In this document: piece by piece, positions 37,547-46,835 of the stretch
Layout of the letters: the number at the start of each line of letters is the position of its first letter
Numbering within the stretch: position 1 is the stretch's first letter
Source: Sedimentisphaerales bacterium
Lineage (GTDB): Bacteria; Planctomycetota; Phycisphaerae; Sedimentisphaerales; UBA12454
Length of the DNA stretch: 64,000 nt
NCBI GenBank assembly: GCA_016930635.1
Contig: JAFGGI010000019.1
Span: 9,929 to 73,928, forward strand
Direction: 5' to 3'
Translations under genes and position numbers: made by a program
The notes under the pieces: generated by a model
What the model saw: only the letters and a program-made list of their open reading frames with translations
Told to the model about the DNA's origin: nothing
The model's database searches: none

Positions 37547-38779
37547 ATGTATAAAGAACGAATTATTACAAGTCGTTTAAAAAAACTATTCGACTCTTTT
37601 CCCTCTGTGGTCATTTTAGGCGCCAGACAGGTTGGGAAAAGTACGTTAGTACAGCATGTCTTTCCGAAATTAGATTATTTTGTTTTTGACCCTGTAATAG
37701 ATATGGGCAATGCAAGAAGCGATCCTGACTTATTTCTCGACAATCATCCCGCTCCTGTCATTCTTGATGAAATCCAGTATGCCCCGGAACTTGCGGCTGC
37801 TATAAAACGCCGAATCGACAAAACACAACAACCCGGCCAGTACCTCATAACTGGCAGTCAGCAGTGGGCTGTTATGAAATCTATTTCTGACAGTCTGGCA
37901 GGAAGAGCAGTTTTCCTCAATCTGGAAAGTTTTAGTCTTCGTGAAATTTACGAACAAACCTCTAAAGAATGTTGGCTCCAGCGATGGCTGGAAAATGACA
38001 GCGATCTTATAAAAAACAAACCAATATATCTGGAAACAAAAAAAACTCTATACGAGCATCTATGGCAGGGCTGGCTGCCGGGAGCAGGCAAAATCGATTC
38101 AGAACTCATTCAGGATTTTTATAACTCATATCTGCAAACATATATCGAACGCGATGCCCGCCTAATTTCAGACACCGCTGACTGGCAACAATTTGGAAGA
38201 TTCGTCCAATTAATCGCTGCTCTCACAGCACAGGAAATAAATTATTCCCAACTCGGCAGAGAATTATCAATAACTCCTCAGACTGCGCAACGCTGGCTGG
38301 CAACTCTTACGGCAACTTTTCAATGGTTTGAAATACCTGCATATCATGGAAATACCCTCAAAAGAATCAGTAATAAACCAAAAGGTTTTTTTGCCGACAC
38401 AGGATTGGCCTGCGCACTACAAATGATTTCTTCACCCAAGGCTCTCAGCGGCAATCCGCTGTTGGGAGCATTATTTGAAACTGCTGTTATCGGAGAATTA
38501 CGAAAACTATATAACAGCTTCTCTTCGCCTGCCGGGTTGTGTCACTGGAGAAGTCATAGTGGAGGAGAGGTCGATGTCATTCTTGAAAGAGATGGTAGAT
38601 TTTTTCCGATTGAAATCAAAGCCACGACAAAACCTTCAAAAAATGATTGTCGTGGAATAACCGCCTTTCGTAAAACATATCCTGACCTGAGTATCGCACC
38701 GGGACTTATCATTTGTGCCTGTGAAACCTTCCAACAACTCACAGAAAATGATTATGCTATTCCATGGAATACTATATAA
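37547..38779 (+). CDS. AAA ATPase with DUF4143-type nuclease-like C-terminus (paralogue of 14702-15874)
   Basis: Walker A GARQVGKST, ILDEIQ, and C-terminal GGEVDVILE...PIEIK. Confidence 0.7.
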   Translation: MYKERIITSRLKKLFDSFPSVVILGARQVGKSTLVQHVFPKLDYFVFDPVIDMGNARSDPDLFLDNHPAPVILDEIQYAPELAAAIKRRIDKTQQPGQYLITGSQQWAVMKSISDSLAGRAVFLNLESFSLREIYEQTSKECWLQRWLENDSDLIKNKPIYLETKKTLYEHLWQGWLPGAGKIDSELIQDFYNSYLQTYIERDARLISDTADWQQFGRFVQLIAALTAQEINYSQLGRELSITPQTAQRWLATLTATFQWFEIPAYHGNTLKRISNKPKGFFADTGLACALQMISSPKALSGNPLLGALFETAVIGELRKLYNSFSSPAGLCHWRSHSGGEVDVILERDGRFFPIEIKATTKPSKNDCRGITAFRKTYPDLSIAPGLIICACETFQQLTENDYAIPWNTI

Positions 38780-38832
38780 ATATAGATATTGTTTGCAAAA
38801 TAATCCCACATCCTGTATGATTCTGAACTCTT

Positions 38833-40065
38833 ATGACTGAAAAAATAGACACATATAAGCTGTCTAACGGGATGACTGTTCTCGGTATTCCAATGGCATC
38901 GGTGCAGTCAGCTGCAATCGGTTTATTGCTGCCGGCCGGAGCTGCCACAATACCGGACGGATGCTGCGGGGCAGGAACCATAATAGCCGACTGGATATTC
39001 AGAGGAACAAAAGACAAGACAAACAGAGAGCTTGCAGATGCACTCGACGGACTGGGACTGCTAAGAAACAGTAACGTTGAATCAAAGCATATCGCTTTAT
39101 CGGCAGCTTTAGATGCAAGTAATCTGTTAGAAGCAATTGAGCTTTATGCTCAGATGATACTTAATCCGGCTCTCGACAGCGAGCAGTTCGAATACTCAAA
39201 ACAACTTGCACTGCAGGGGCTGCTCAGTCTCGAAGATGATCCCCGGCACGAGACAATGCTTTTGCTAAAAGAGCATTTCTATCCCGACCCTCTGGGCAGG
39301 AATACCGCAGGTAAAAAGGAAGATCTGCAAAATCTTACCGCAGAAAAAACCAAACAGATAATATCGGAAAATTTCGATCTTTCTCAGACTATCCTTGCTA
39401 TCGCAGGAAAATATGACATTCAAAAGCTTCGTCCACTTACTGAAAAGCTGTTCGCCGGCGAAAAGCCGAAAAGCAAAAAGGAAATAAACACAAAAGAACC
39501 ACTTCTCGATTATCATCATCATCCGCATGACGGATCGCAGGTACATATCGGGATAATGACTCAAAGTGCAACACCGCAAAGTGGTGATTATTATAACGCA
39601 AGAGTCGCAACTGCAATACTTTCCGGCGGAATGAGTTCAAGATTATTTGAGGAAGTCAGAGAAAAAAGAGGTTTGTGTTACATTGTAAGTGCCGGCTACC
39701 ACTGCTTAAAAGAAACCGCAGGCATAGCCTGTTATGCAGGCACAACACCAGACAAGGCACAGGAAACATATGATGTTATAATAAAAGAGTTCAGACGGCT
39801 CGCTGAAGATATCGACGCCGATGAGCTGCAAAGGGCAAAAATAGGTCTTAAAAGCGGCCTTGTAATGCAAAGTGAATCGACAATGGCACGTGCGCAAGCT
39901 GCTGCAACAGATCATTACATCCTTGGAAAAGTCAGAAATCTTGAAGAAATACTACAAAATATAGACAAAACCAGTATTAAAAGCATTGTTGATTTTCTGA
40001 AAAATAATCCTTTTGAAAACTTCTGCTCTGTAACTACAGGGCCAGTAAAAATAAAACCTGTATAA
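38833..40065 (+). CDS. M16-family peptidase subunit lacking the HxxEH zinc motif
   Basis: M16 fold pattern (SRLFEEVREKRGLCY), but no HxxEH in the N-terminal region. Confidence 0.75.
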   Translation: MTEKIDTYKLSNGMTVLGIPMASVQSAAIGLLLPAGAATIPDGCCGAGTIIADWIFRGTKDKTNRELADALDGLGLLRNSNVESKHIALSAALDASNLLEAIELYAQMILNPALDSEQFEYSKQLALQGLLSLEDDPRHETMLLLKEHFYPDPLGRNTAGKKEDLQNLTAEKTKQIISENFDLSQTILAIAGKYDIQKLRPLTEKLFAGEKPKSKKEINTKEPLLDYHHHPHDGSQVHIGIMTQSATPQSGDYYNARVATAILSGGMSSRLFEEVREKRGLCYIVSAGYHCLKETAGIACYAGTTPDKAQETYDVIIKEFRRLAEDIDADELQRAKIGLKSGLVMQSESTMARAQAAATDHYILGKVRNLEEILQNIDKTSIKSIVDFLKNNPFENFCSVTTGPVKIKPV

Positions 40066-40067
40066 AA

Positions 40068-41288
40068 ATGGAATTTAAGCATAAAAAACTTGTAAACGGT
40101 CTTAACGTCATAGGCGAGGTTAATAAACACGCTCTCTCTGCCGCGATAGGCTTCTTCGTCAGAACAGGCAGCAGGGATGAAACAGATGATATCAGCGGTG
40201 TAAGTCACTTCCTCGAACATATGCTTTTCAAAGGCACTGATAATATATCGGCACATGAGGTTAATCGAATTTTCGATGACCTCGGGGCACAATATAATGC
40301 TCACACTACCGAAGAAAATACTGTTTATTATGCCGCAGTTCTGCCCGAACAACTTCAGGAAGTCACAAAATTATGGTGCCAGCTAATGAGACCCAGTTTG
40401 AGGGATGAAGACTTCGATATCGAAAAAAATGTTATTCTCGAAGAAATCGCCATGTATAAGGACTACCCGCAATTCGAGGTTATCGAAAAATGCAGAAATC
40501 TGCACTTCGGATCACATCCATGCGGAAGAAGTGTACTGGGCACTGTAGAAAGTATAACAGCACTGACAAGCGGACAAATGAGAGAATACTTTGAGAGCAG
40601 ATATTCACCGGATAACATCACTGCTGTAATTGCAGGTAATTTTGATTTCGAAAAAATATGTCAATACATAGAAGCCGGATGCGGAAACTGGCAGCCTAAA
40701 GAAGCCGGGCGAAAAATCGAATATTTTGCCGGCACTGCCAAAAGAAACTATGAAAGGAAACATAATCTGTTCTGCAGGCATATCTGCCTGGCCAGCCCAA
40801 CTGTTTCATATCAGGATGAAAGAAGCTATGTCGCAACATTGCTGGCTAAAATCATAGGAGACAGCACAGACTCACGATTTTTCTGGCAGCTTGTTGACAC
40901 TGCTATCGCCGAAACCGCAACAATGCATTGTGATGCGATGGACGGGGTGGGAGCCTTTTTCAGCTATATCAGAAGCAGTGAGGAAAACGGTCCAAAGGTT
41001 CTGCAGATTACTGAGCAGATTTTCGAATCAGTCCGGCAAGAAAAGATCTCCGCTCAGGAGCTGCAAAGAGCCAAGAACAAAGTCCTGTCCGGCATGACTA
41101 TTAAAAACGAAATTCCTATGGGCAGACTCATCGAACTGGGAATCAACTGGGTATATCTGAATAAGTATCGACCAATCGAAGAGGAAATACAGCGGATAAA
41201 AGATGTAACGCTCGATGATTTAACCGCCCTTTTGGCAGATTATCCGCTTGTACCATTTACCGAATTTTCTCTTGGGCCGGAAAATTAA
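40068..41288 (+). CDS. M16-family zinc peptidase (catalytic subunit)
   Basis: HFLEHMLFKGT inverted zinc-binding motif. Confidence 0.85.
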   Translation: MEFKHKKLVNGLNVIGEVNKHALSAAIGFFVRTGSRDETDDISGVSHFLEHMLFKGTDNISAHEVNRIFDDLGAQYNAHTTEENTVYYAAVLPEQLQEVTKLWCQLMRPSLRDEDFDIEKNVILEEIAMYKDYPQFEVIEKCRNLHFGSHPCGRSVLGTVESITALTSGQMREYFESRYSPDNITAVIAGNFDFEKICQYIEAGCGNWQPKEAGRKIEYFAGTAKRNYERKHNLFCRHICLASPTVSYQDERSYVATLLAKIIGDSTDSRFFWQLVDTAIAETATMHCDAMDGVGAFFSYIRSSEENGPKVLQITEQIFESVRQEKISAQELQRAKNKVLSGMTIKNEIPMGRLIELGINWVYLNKYRPIEEEIQRIKDVTLDDLTALLADYPLVPFTEFSLGPEN

Positions 41289-41376
41289 AATATCGAAATT
41301 ATAACACCCCTAAAAAAACACACTTATAACACCTGATAAAAAACTGTTTTTCCTTGCAATATTCTCTTTTTATGAT

Positions 41377-41874
41377 ATGATAGCAGCGATTCAAGGATGG
41401 TTTATGGAAAACGGCAGTTACAACAAGCAAATGGAACAAGATATTCAAAACCTCACAGAAGATGTCCGGCAACAGAATAATCCATCTAAATCTCAAAAAC
41501 AAAAAACTCCTGCTCGCACTATGCCTACATTAGAGGAAATCACAGGGCACAAAAATCCAGAAACACATTCTCCTCTTCAAAGCAATAACAGTAAGGAGTT
41601 CGTTCATCAAATGGTTGAAAAGATCGGCCGTGCTCAACCGGAGGACCGCTCAAGTCAAATGCCTTCACTTAACCTGGCTGACAAGATACTGGCCCAGCAG
41701 AGAAAAATTGCGGCACTCAAGAGAAAATCGCCTCCGGAAAATAATAATCAGCCGTCCAGCAAACCTGAGCCTGTACACATAAACTCCATGCCGTCACCAC
41801 CGGCTTCACCTCAGCAGAAGATCATCGCTGATATTGTCGCAAAGCAAATCGTTGCTTTATCTGTGGAAAGATAA
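41377..41874 (+). CDS. hypothetical Pro/Gln/Ser-rich protein
   Basis: ORF only, low-complexity sequence. Confidence 0.35.
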   Translation: MIAAIQGWFMENGSYNKQMEQDIQNLTEDVRQQNNPSKSQKQKTPARTMPTLEEITGHKNPETHSPLQSNNSKEFVHQMVEKIGRAQPEDRSSQMPSLNLADKILAQQRKIAALKRKSPPENNNQPSSKPEPVHINSMPSPPASPQQKIIADIVAKQIVALSVER

Positions 41875-42095
41875 GCTGTCGTTAAGTCATCTCTTCTTAG
41901 CCAACTACAAAACGTCCGTATTTATTTTCAGGATTATTATCGGACAAAATCAGATTTTGCCTCAAACAATAACTGTTAATCAAAGACTGCTTCAGTCAGT
42001 TGTCATAAATGCCGATTCAACCGGCTGTAGCAGTCTATAGTTTATAAGTATTTTAAAGCCGATTGCCCGTTTTATTTATTTTGAAAGAGTAAATA

Positions 42096-42263
42096 ATGAG
42101 GACTGTAATTAAAAGATTTTTAAACGATGAGAAAGGCCTGGAGACTATCGAGTATGCTATTATTTCCGGCCTTATTACAGTTGGCGCAATAGCTACAATT
42201 GCCAGCGTTGGTACCTGGGTAAGTACAAGGTTTAACGAAGTACTGACTGCCCTTAATCCTTAA
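42096..42263 (+). CDS. flp: Flp-family type IVb pilin (55 aa), copy 1
   Basis: My translation is MRTVIKRFLNDEKGLETIEYAIISGLITVGAIATIASVGTWVSTRFNEVLTALNP, with the G/xxxxEY processing motif. Below the ORF-track cutoff. Confidence 0.9.
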   Translation: MRTVIKRFLNDEKGLETIEYAIISGLITVGAIATIASVGTWVSTRFNEVLTALNP

Positions 42264-42550
42264 TTCAACAACATCAACACTTTTATCCACTTAAAACACT
42301 ATTCATTTTATCGGGCTATCCACCATAGCCTGGCGAGTCACTGTAAGATTATTATCGGACAATTATCCGAATTTTAATTCAAATAATCATTAGTTAATAT
42401 CCGCTAAGTTCAGATACCTGCCACAAATGCCGATTCAATTGTCCATAAGGACCGCTGACAATATGTCTCTAATTGCAGCCGGTTTAGGTCCATAGTTTAA
42501 AGGTATTTTAAAACTGAACGTTCGTTTTATTGATTTTGAAAGGAAAAAAA

Positions 42551-42718
42551 ATGAGAACTGTTCTTAAAAGATTAGTCAACGATGAGAAGGGGCTGGAAAC
42601 TGTTGAGTATGCTATTATTGCCGGTCTTATTGTAGTCGGCGTCATAGCAACAATTGCCAGCATCGGTACATGGGTAAACACAAAGTTCGGTGAACTGTTA
42701 ACCGCACTTAGTTCTTAA
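42551..42718 (+). CDS. flp: Flp-family pilin (55 aa), copy 2
   Basis: MRTVLKRLVNDEKGLETVEYAIIAGLIVVG... Start set at the ATG after the GGAAAAAAAA region; the ORF-track extension is rejected. Confidence 0.9.
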   Translation: MRTVLKRLVNDEKGLETVEYAIIAGLIVVGVIATIASIGTWVNTKFGELLTALSS

Positions 42719-42737
42719 TCCTGGTGTACATAAACAG

Positions 42738-43304
42738 ATGTTTTCTAACGTTGAACAAATGACAACTGCAACTCAGTGGGGCATCGTTATTGGTGCCTCA
42801 CTGATTGCAGCCGTTACAGACTTGCGAACAAGACGCATCCCAAATATGCTCACCTTTCCGCTGCTTATAGCAGGATTGGTCTGGGCAGGCTGGGCAAACG
42901 GTCTCTGGGGCGTAGCTAATGCAGCCGGTGCATGTTTATGGCTTGCATTTCCGTTTTTGTTATTATTCATTTTCGCCGGCGGAGGTGCCGGTGACGCCAA
43001 GCTTATGGGAGCAATCGGAGTTTGGCTGGGCATTTCTGAAGGAACCATCGTATTAGTATGCGTTATGATAGCGGGCATTATCATATCTTTATGCAAAGCA
43101 GCAATACATCAAAAACTTAAGCTGGTCCTTACGAATGTATTTATATCCGTATACACATCTATTATTTATGCCCTCAGTCATAATACAAAACCGTTAGTTG
43201 TTAATCAGAACAGCTGTGCCGTCAGCACCGACACACTGACAATTCCATACGGTATAGCAATTTTTGCAGGCGTTTGCATAGCAGGAAGTTTGAGGTTGAT
43301 ATGA
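42738..43304 (+). CDS. cpaA: prepilin peptidase (A24 family, CpaA/TadV)
   Basis: TDLRTRRIPN and GGGAGDAKLMGAIG aspartyl motifs. Confidence 0.85.
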   Translation: MFSNVEQMTTATQWGIVIGASLIAAVTDLRTRRIPNMLTFPLLIAGLVWAGWANGLWGVANAAGACLWLAFPFLLLFIFAGGGAGDAKLMGAIGVWLGISEGTIVLVCVMIAGIIISLCKAAIHQKLKLVLTNVFISVYTSIIYALSHNTKPLVVNQNSCAVSTDTLTIPYGIAIFAGVCIAGSLRLI

Positions 43305-43717
43305 ACATAAAATTGATAAAACAGACATGGAAAAAAGGTGCAGCAGCAGTTGAAGCGGCTATATTGTTTCCTCTGCTTTTACTGTTGACCTTTGCCATCA
43401 TTGAGTATGGCTGGCTATTTCTAAATGCCAATCTTGTAACTAATGCTGCTCGACACGGAGCACGTATTGCAGTCCTTCCGAATTCCACCAGCACTGATGT
43501 AACAAGCGCTATTTCGGATTTGATGAGCACTGCCAATATCACCGGCTACAGCGTAACAATTACTCCATCCGATCTTGCATCATTAACCGTCGGTCAGATT
43601 GTTACCGTGCAGATTACCGTGCCGTGGCAGCAAATAGCAATAATAAACAGTCCTTTTTTGCCAATGCCGACAACCGACTTGCAGGCTTCTGTCTCAATGG
43701 CAAAAGAAGGGCCGTAA
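43301..43717 (+). CDS. tadE: TadE-like pseudopilin
   Basis: KKGAAAVEAAILFPLLLLLTFAIIEYG TadE motif. ATGA overlap with cpaA. Confidence 0.8.
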   Translation: MNIKLIKQTWKKGAAAVEAAILFPLLLLLTFAIIEYGWLFLNANLVTNAARHGARIAVLPNSTSTDVTSAISDLMSTANITGYSVTITPSDLASLTVGQIVTVQITVPWQQIAIINSPFLPMPTTDLQASVSMAKEGP

Positions 43718-43779
43718 CGGCAACAAATTAATGTGGTTAATTTAATATACTTAATTTTTGAATAGGCAGGTGAGATAAA

Positions 43780-44757
43780 ATGAAATGGTCTATTGTATTT
43801 CTGGTAGCGTTAGGATTATTCGCAGCAATTTCAGCATCAGTATTAGTCGGTGCACTACGCGGACTTCCCGCCAGTGCCAGCGCCAGCGATTCATCCTCAA
43901 AAGATGAGGTGATCGTCGCTGCAAAACCACTGATCGCAATGTCTGCAATTGGTCCAAATGATATAAGCATACAAAATGTTTCGAAGGATAATCTGCCGGA
44001 AGGATACTTCTCCGAGCCCGTAGAGGTTATCGGCAGAATCCTCGCTGTATCCGTCGCACAGGATCAGATCTTAACACAGACCTGTCTTGTAAAAGAGGGA
44101 GACAGGGCCAGATTAGCAGCGGCTATCCCACACGGAATGCGTGCTATTACCATGAATTTTCCGAATACCTCCACTACTGGCGGTCTTTTGTATCCCGGCT
44201 GCATTGTCGATATCCTGGCATCTTTTCGCCTGCCGTCGAAAAATCGGGGCAAAGGCAAGGCAATATCTACAACTTTGCTTCAGGGTATTCAGGTGCTCGC
44301 TGTGGAAAACAGCTCTATAGTATCCAAAGATGATGAAGGCGAAAAAGATAAGGAAGAAGCATCTTATTCTGGCCCGGGAGGTAAAAAACTTGTAGTCACT
44401 TTAATGGTAAACTCAAGACAGGCCGAGGCCCTGCAGTTGGCCCGGGAGTACGGCACTGTATCAATTGTAATGAGAAATCCTCTTGATAAGTCACCTGTTA
44501 ACAGTGACTCAACTGTATTGAACGAAGGAAAACTGGCAAAGTCCGGCTCTGCGCTGACTCCTGCAGGCTTAACCCAGGACGGGAAAATAGACCTGTTGAG
44601 AAAAGTAGGCGAACATTCAGCACAAAATAATCTGCTGGACGAATTAGACGAAAACTCAGAACATCTCCCGCCAGAGATGTGGAATGTAACTGTGATTCGC
44701 GGCAAAGAAGTTGAAGTGCAAAAGGTTGATTCTCCAGATGAGGAAGATGACTATTAA
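43780..44757 (+). CDS. cpaB: Flp pilus assembly protein CpaB
   Basis: N-terminal TM, SAF-like region VIVAAKPL, RcpC/CpaB pattern. Confidence 0.8.
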   Translation: MKWSIVFLVALGLFAAISASVLVGALRGLPASASASDSSSKDEVIVAAKPLIAMSAIGPNDISIQNVSKDNLPEGYFSEPVEVIGRILAVSVAQDQILTQTCLVKEGDRARLAAAIPHGMRAITMNFPNTSTTGGLLYPGCIVDILASFRLPSKNRGKGKAISTTLLQGIQVLAVENSSIVSKDDEGEKDKEEASYSGPGGKKLVVTLMVNSRQAEALQLAREYGTVSIVMRNPLDKSPVNSDSTVLNEGKLAKSGSALTPAGLTQDGKIDLLRKVGEHSAQNNLLDELDENSEHLPPEMWNVTVIRGKEVEVQKVDSPDEEDDY

Positions 44758-44825
44758 AATGATAATACGTAAATAGACGCCTAATAAACTTTAGTCGTTT
44801 ATTGAGGTAAGTTGGAGATAAAAAA

Positions 44826-45230
44826 ATGGAAAATTATGAAATTATTCGTGAGTTTCTGGATTATTTGAAATTTGAAAAATACTTCTCTCAGCATACAGCA
44901 AAGGGTTATCATGCTGACCTCAAGCAGTTCTGTCGGTATATAAACAGCCGGCAGGATCACTGCTCATACAACCTCTCAGGCAATGAGCAGTCAGATTCCG
45001 CAACTGTGCAGCCAGAAATAAAGATAGAACAACTTCTTCTCTCGGCAACACCTGAGACCATCCGTACTTATATGGCTGCTTTAAATGACAAGCAATATTC
45101 GCAATCAACTATTGCCCGGAAGCTGGCAACATTGAGAAGCTTTTATAAATTTCTAGTCAAACGCGGCTACATAAGCAACAACCCTGTTACAGCGATAAGA
45201 ACACCCAGGCAGGACAAAAACTTGAAAAAT
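44826..45230 (+). pseudogene. XerC/XerD-type tyrosine recombinase N-terminal (core-binding/SAM-like) domain fragment; catalytic domain absent
   Basis: FLDYLKFEKYFSQHTAKGYHADLKQF...TIARKLATLRSFYKFLVKRGYISNNPV matches the core-binding domain. Has its own GGAG SD, and no stop before the secretin ORF. Confidence 0.7.
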
Positions 45231-45306
45231 ATAATAGCAATAGGAACGCCTGAGCAGGATAAGAACCTGAAAAACAAAAAAGATTATTATTTGGTGAATA
45301 GTACTA

Positions 45307-46811
45307 TGCTAAAAAATAAATTACTATTAAAGACCAAACGGATTGGTGCCCGGCAAATAGTCAGCGCTTTTATTTGCCTGTTTATGACTTGTTTACTTGT
45401 ATATGCCGGCAACGTGAACCTGGCTGATGAGGTCACACCGCTGGGTACTATAGTAATAAATGCCGGGGAATCAAAAATTATAAGAACACAGTTCCCGACA
45501 GTACGTGTGGCAGTTACAAATCCTAAAACTGTCGACGTGAAAGTGCTAACGCCCTACCAGCTTATGCTGCAGGGACTGGAGGTTGGGGAAACAGATGTTA
45601 TTGTCTGGTCCAAAGATGAGGGAGATCTCCAGCAATGGAAAGTCCTTGTTGTAATGAACATATCAACATACGCAGATAAGCTGAAGGAACTGTTCCCCAA
45701 ATGTTCTTTAGAGGTAAGCCAATCGGGCGGTACTCTTATAGTAAGAGGGTTGTTGAGAAGTGCAGACCAGGTCAGACAGCTTCACGATTACCTTGATAAG
45801 TCTGAAGTTACATATATCGATATGACAAGTGTTGCCGGCACTCAGCAGGTTCAGTTAGATGTGAAGGTTGCTGAGGTAAGCCGAACAATATGGCGGTCTT
45901 TCGGTGTAAATGCCCTTTATACCGGTGAAAATCACTTCGGGGGATCCCGTGTAGGTTCATCCAGCGGAGGAGCCCTGGTACCGTCAATTGGGATAGGTCC
46001 CCCGGAAGATACAGTTATTGGGACAAAGGCACCTACAAGTTATGCAATTAACTCAGATATCGTTGCAAGTTCTCTGGTCACTATTTTTGCCGGTATTCCC
46101 CGTTATAACTTTGAAGTATTTATTCAGACACTGGCTGAGAATCAATACTTAAAAATGCTGGCTAATCCGACTTTAGTTGCATTAAGCGGCGAAGAATCCA
46201 GCTTCCTTGCCGGCGGAGAGTTCCCGATACCTGTCGTCCAGGGTGGAAGCGGAGGAAGCTCTATTTCTGTTGAATACCGGGAATATGGTGTTCGCTTGAA
46301 TTTCAGACCAATTGTCCTCGGTGACGGCACTATCCGCCTGTTCGTTGCTCCTGAAGTAAGCGAACTAACCGATGTTGGAGTTATCATTGAAGGTTACAGC
46401 GTACCTTCATTATTGACAAGAAAAGTTGAAACAACTTTAGAACTTAAAAGCGGACAAACCTTCGCTATGGCAGGTTTAATAAAAGATGATATTGAGTCGA
46501 TAAGGGATCGTGTGCCTGGTCTTTCAAACATTCCTGTCCTGGGTACACTATTTCGTTCTACACGTTATAAGAAGAAAGAAACCGAACTTGTCGTACTCGT
46601 AACCGTTTCTTTAGTGGAACCTATTTCTTCATCAAATGTTAGACCTCTGCCGGGCTTTATGCATGCTGAGCCGAATGACTGGGATTTTTATATTGACGGC
46701 TATACTGAAAGTCAGGGGCCGCCAAATGTCCATCCTGAAGATGCCCAAAAGCTGAAAGAGCTTGGCATAGATGATCTCCTGGGGCCTGGTGCATGGGAAT
46801 CCTATAAATAG
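45307..46811 (+). CDS. cpaC: Tad secretin (CpaC/RcpA)
   Basis: Internal ATG followed by a signal-like MLKNKLLLKTKRIGARQIVSAFICLFMTCLLVYAG. BON-like N-domains and secretin C-domain (SGQTFAMAGL...VPGLSNIPVLGTLFRS). Confidence 0.85.
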
Positions 46812-46835
46812 AGTCGTAGAGATAAATAAGGACAA

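Noticed and set aside
41875-42550. Possible c-di-GMP riboswitch (GEMM) or sigma-54 promoter upstream of the flp genes
   Set aside because: No ACGCAAAGC/GGCAAACC-type GEMM core and no GG-N10-GC promoter with correct spacing was found by eye.
44826-46811. Reading the 661-aa ORF as one functional recombinase-secretin fusion protein
   Set aside because: A secretin needs an N-terminal signal peptide, and a suitable ATG plus signal-like segment exists internally at 45307. The N-terminal part is a truncated recombinase domain. It is kept as a finding because the lack of any stop is itself odd.
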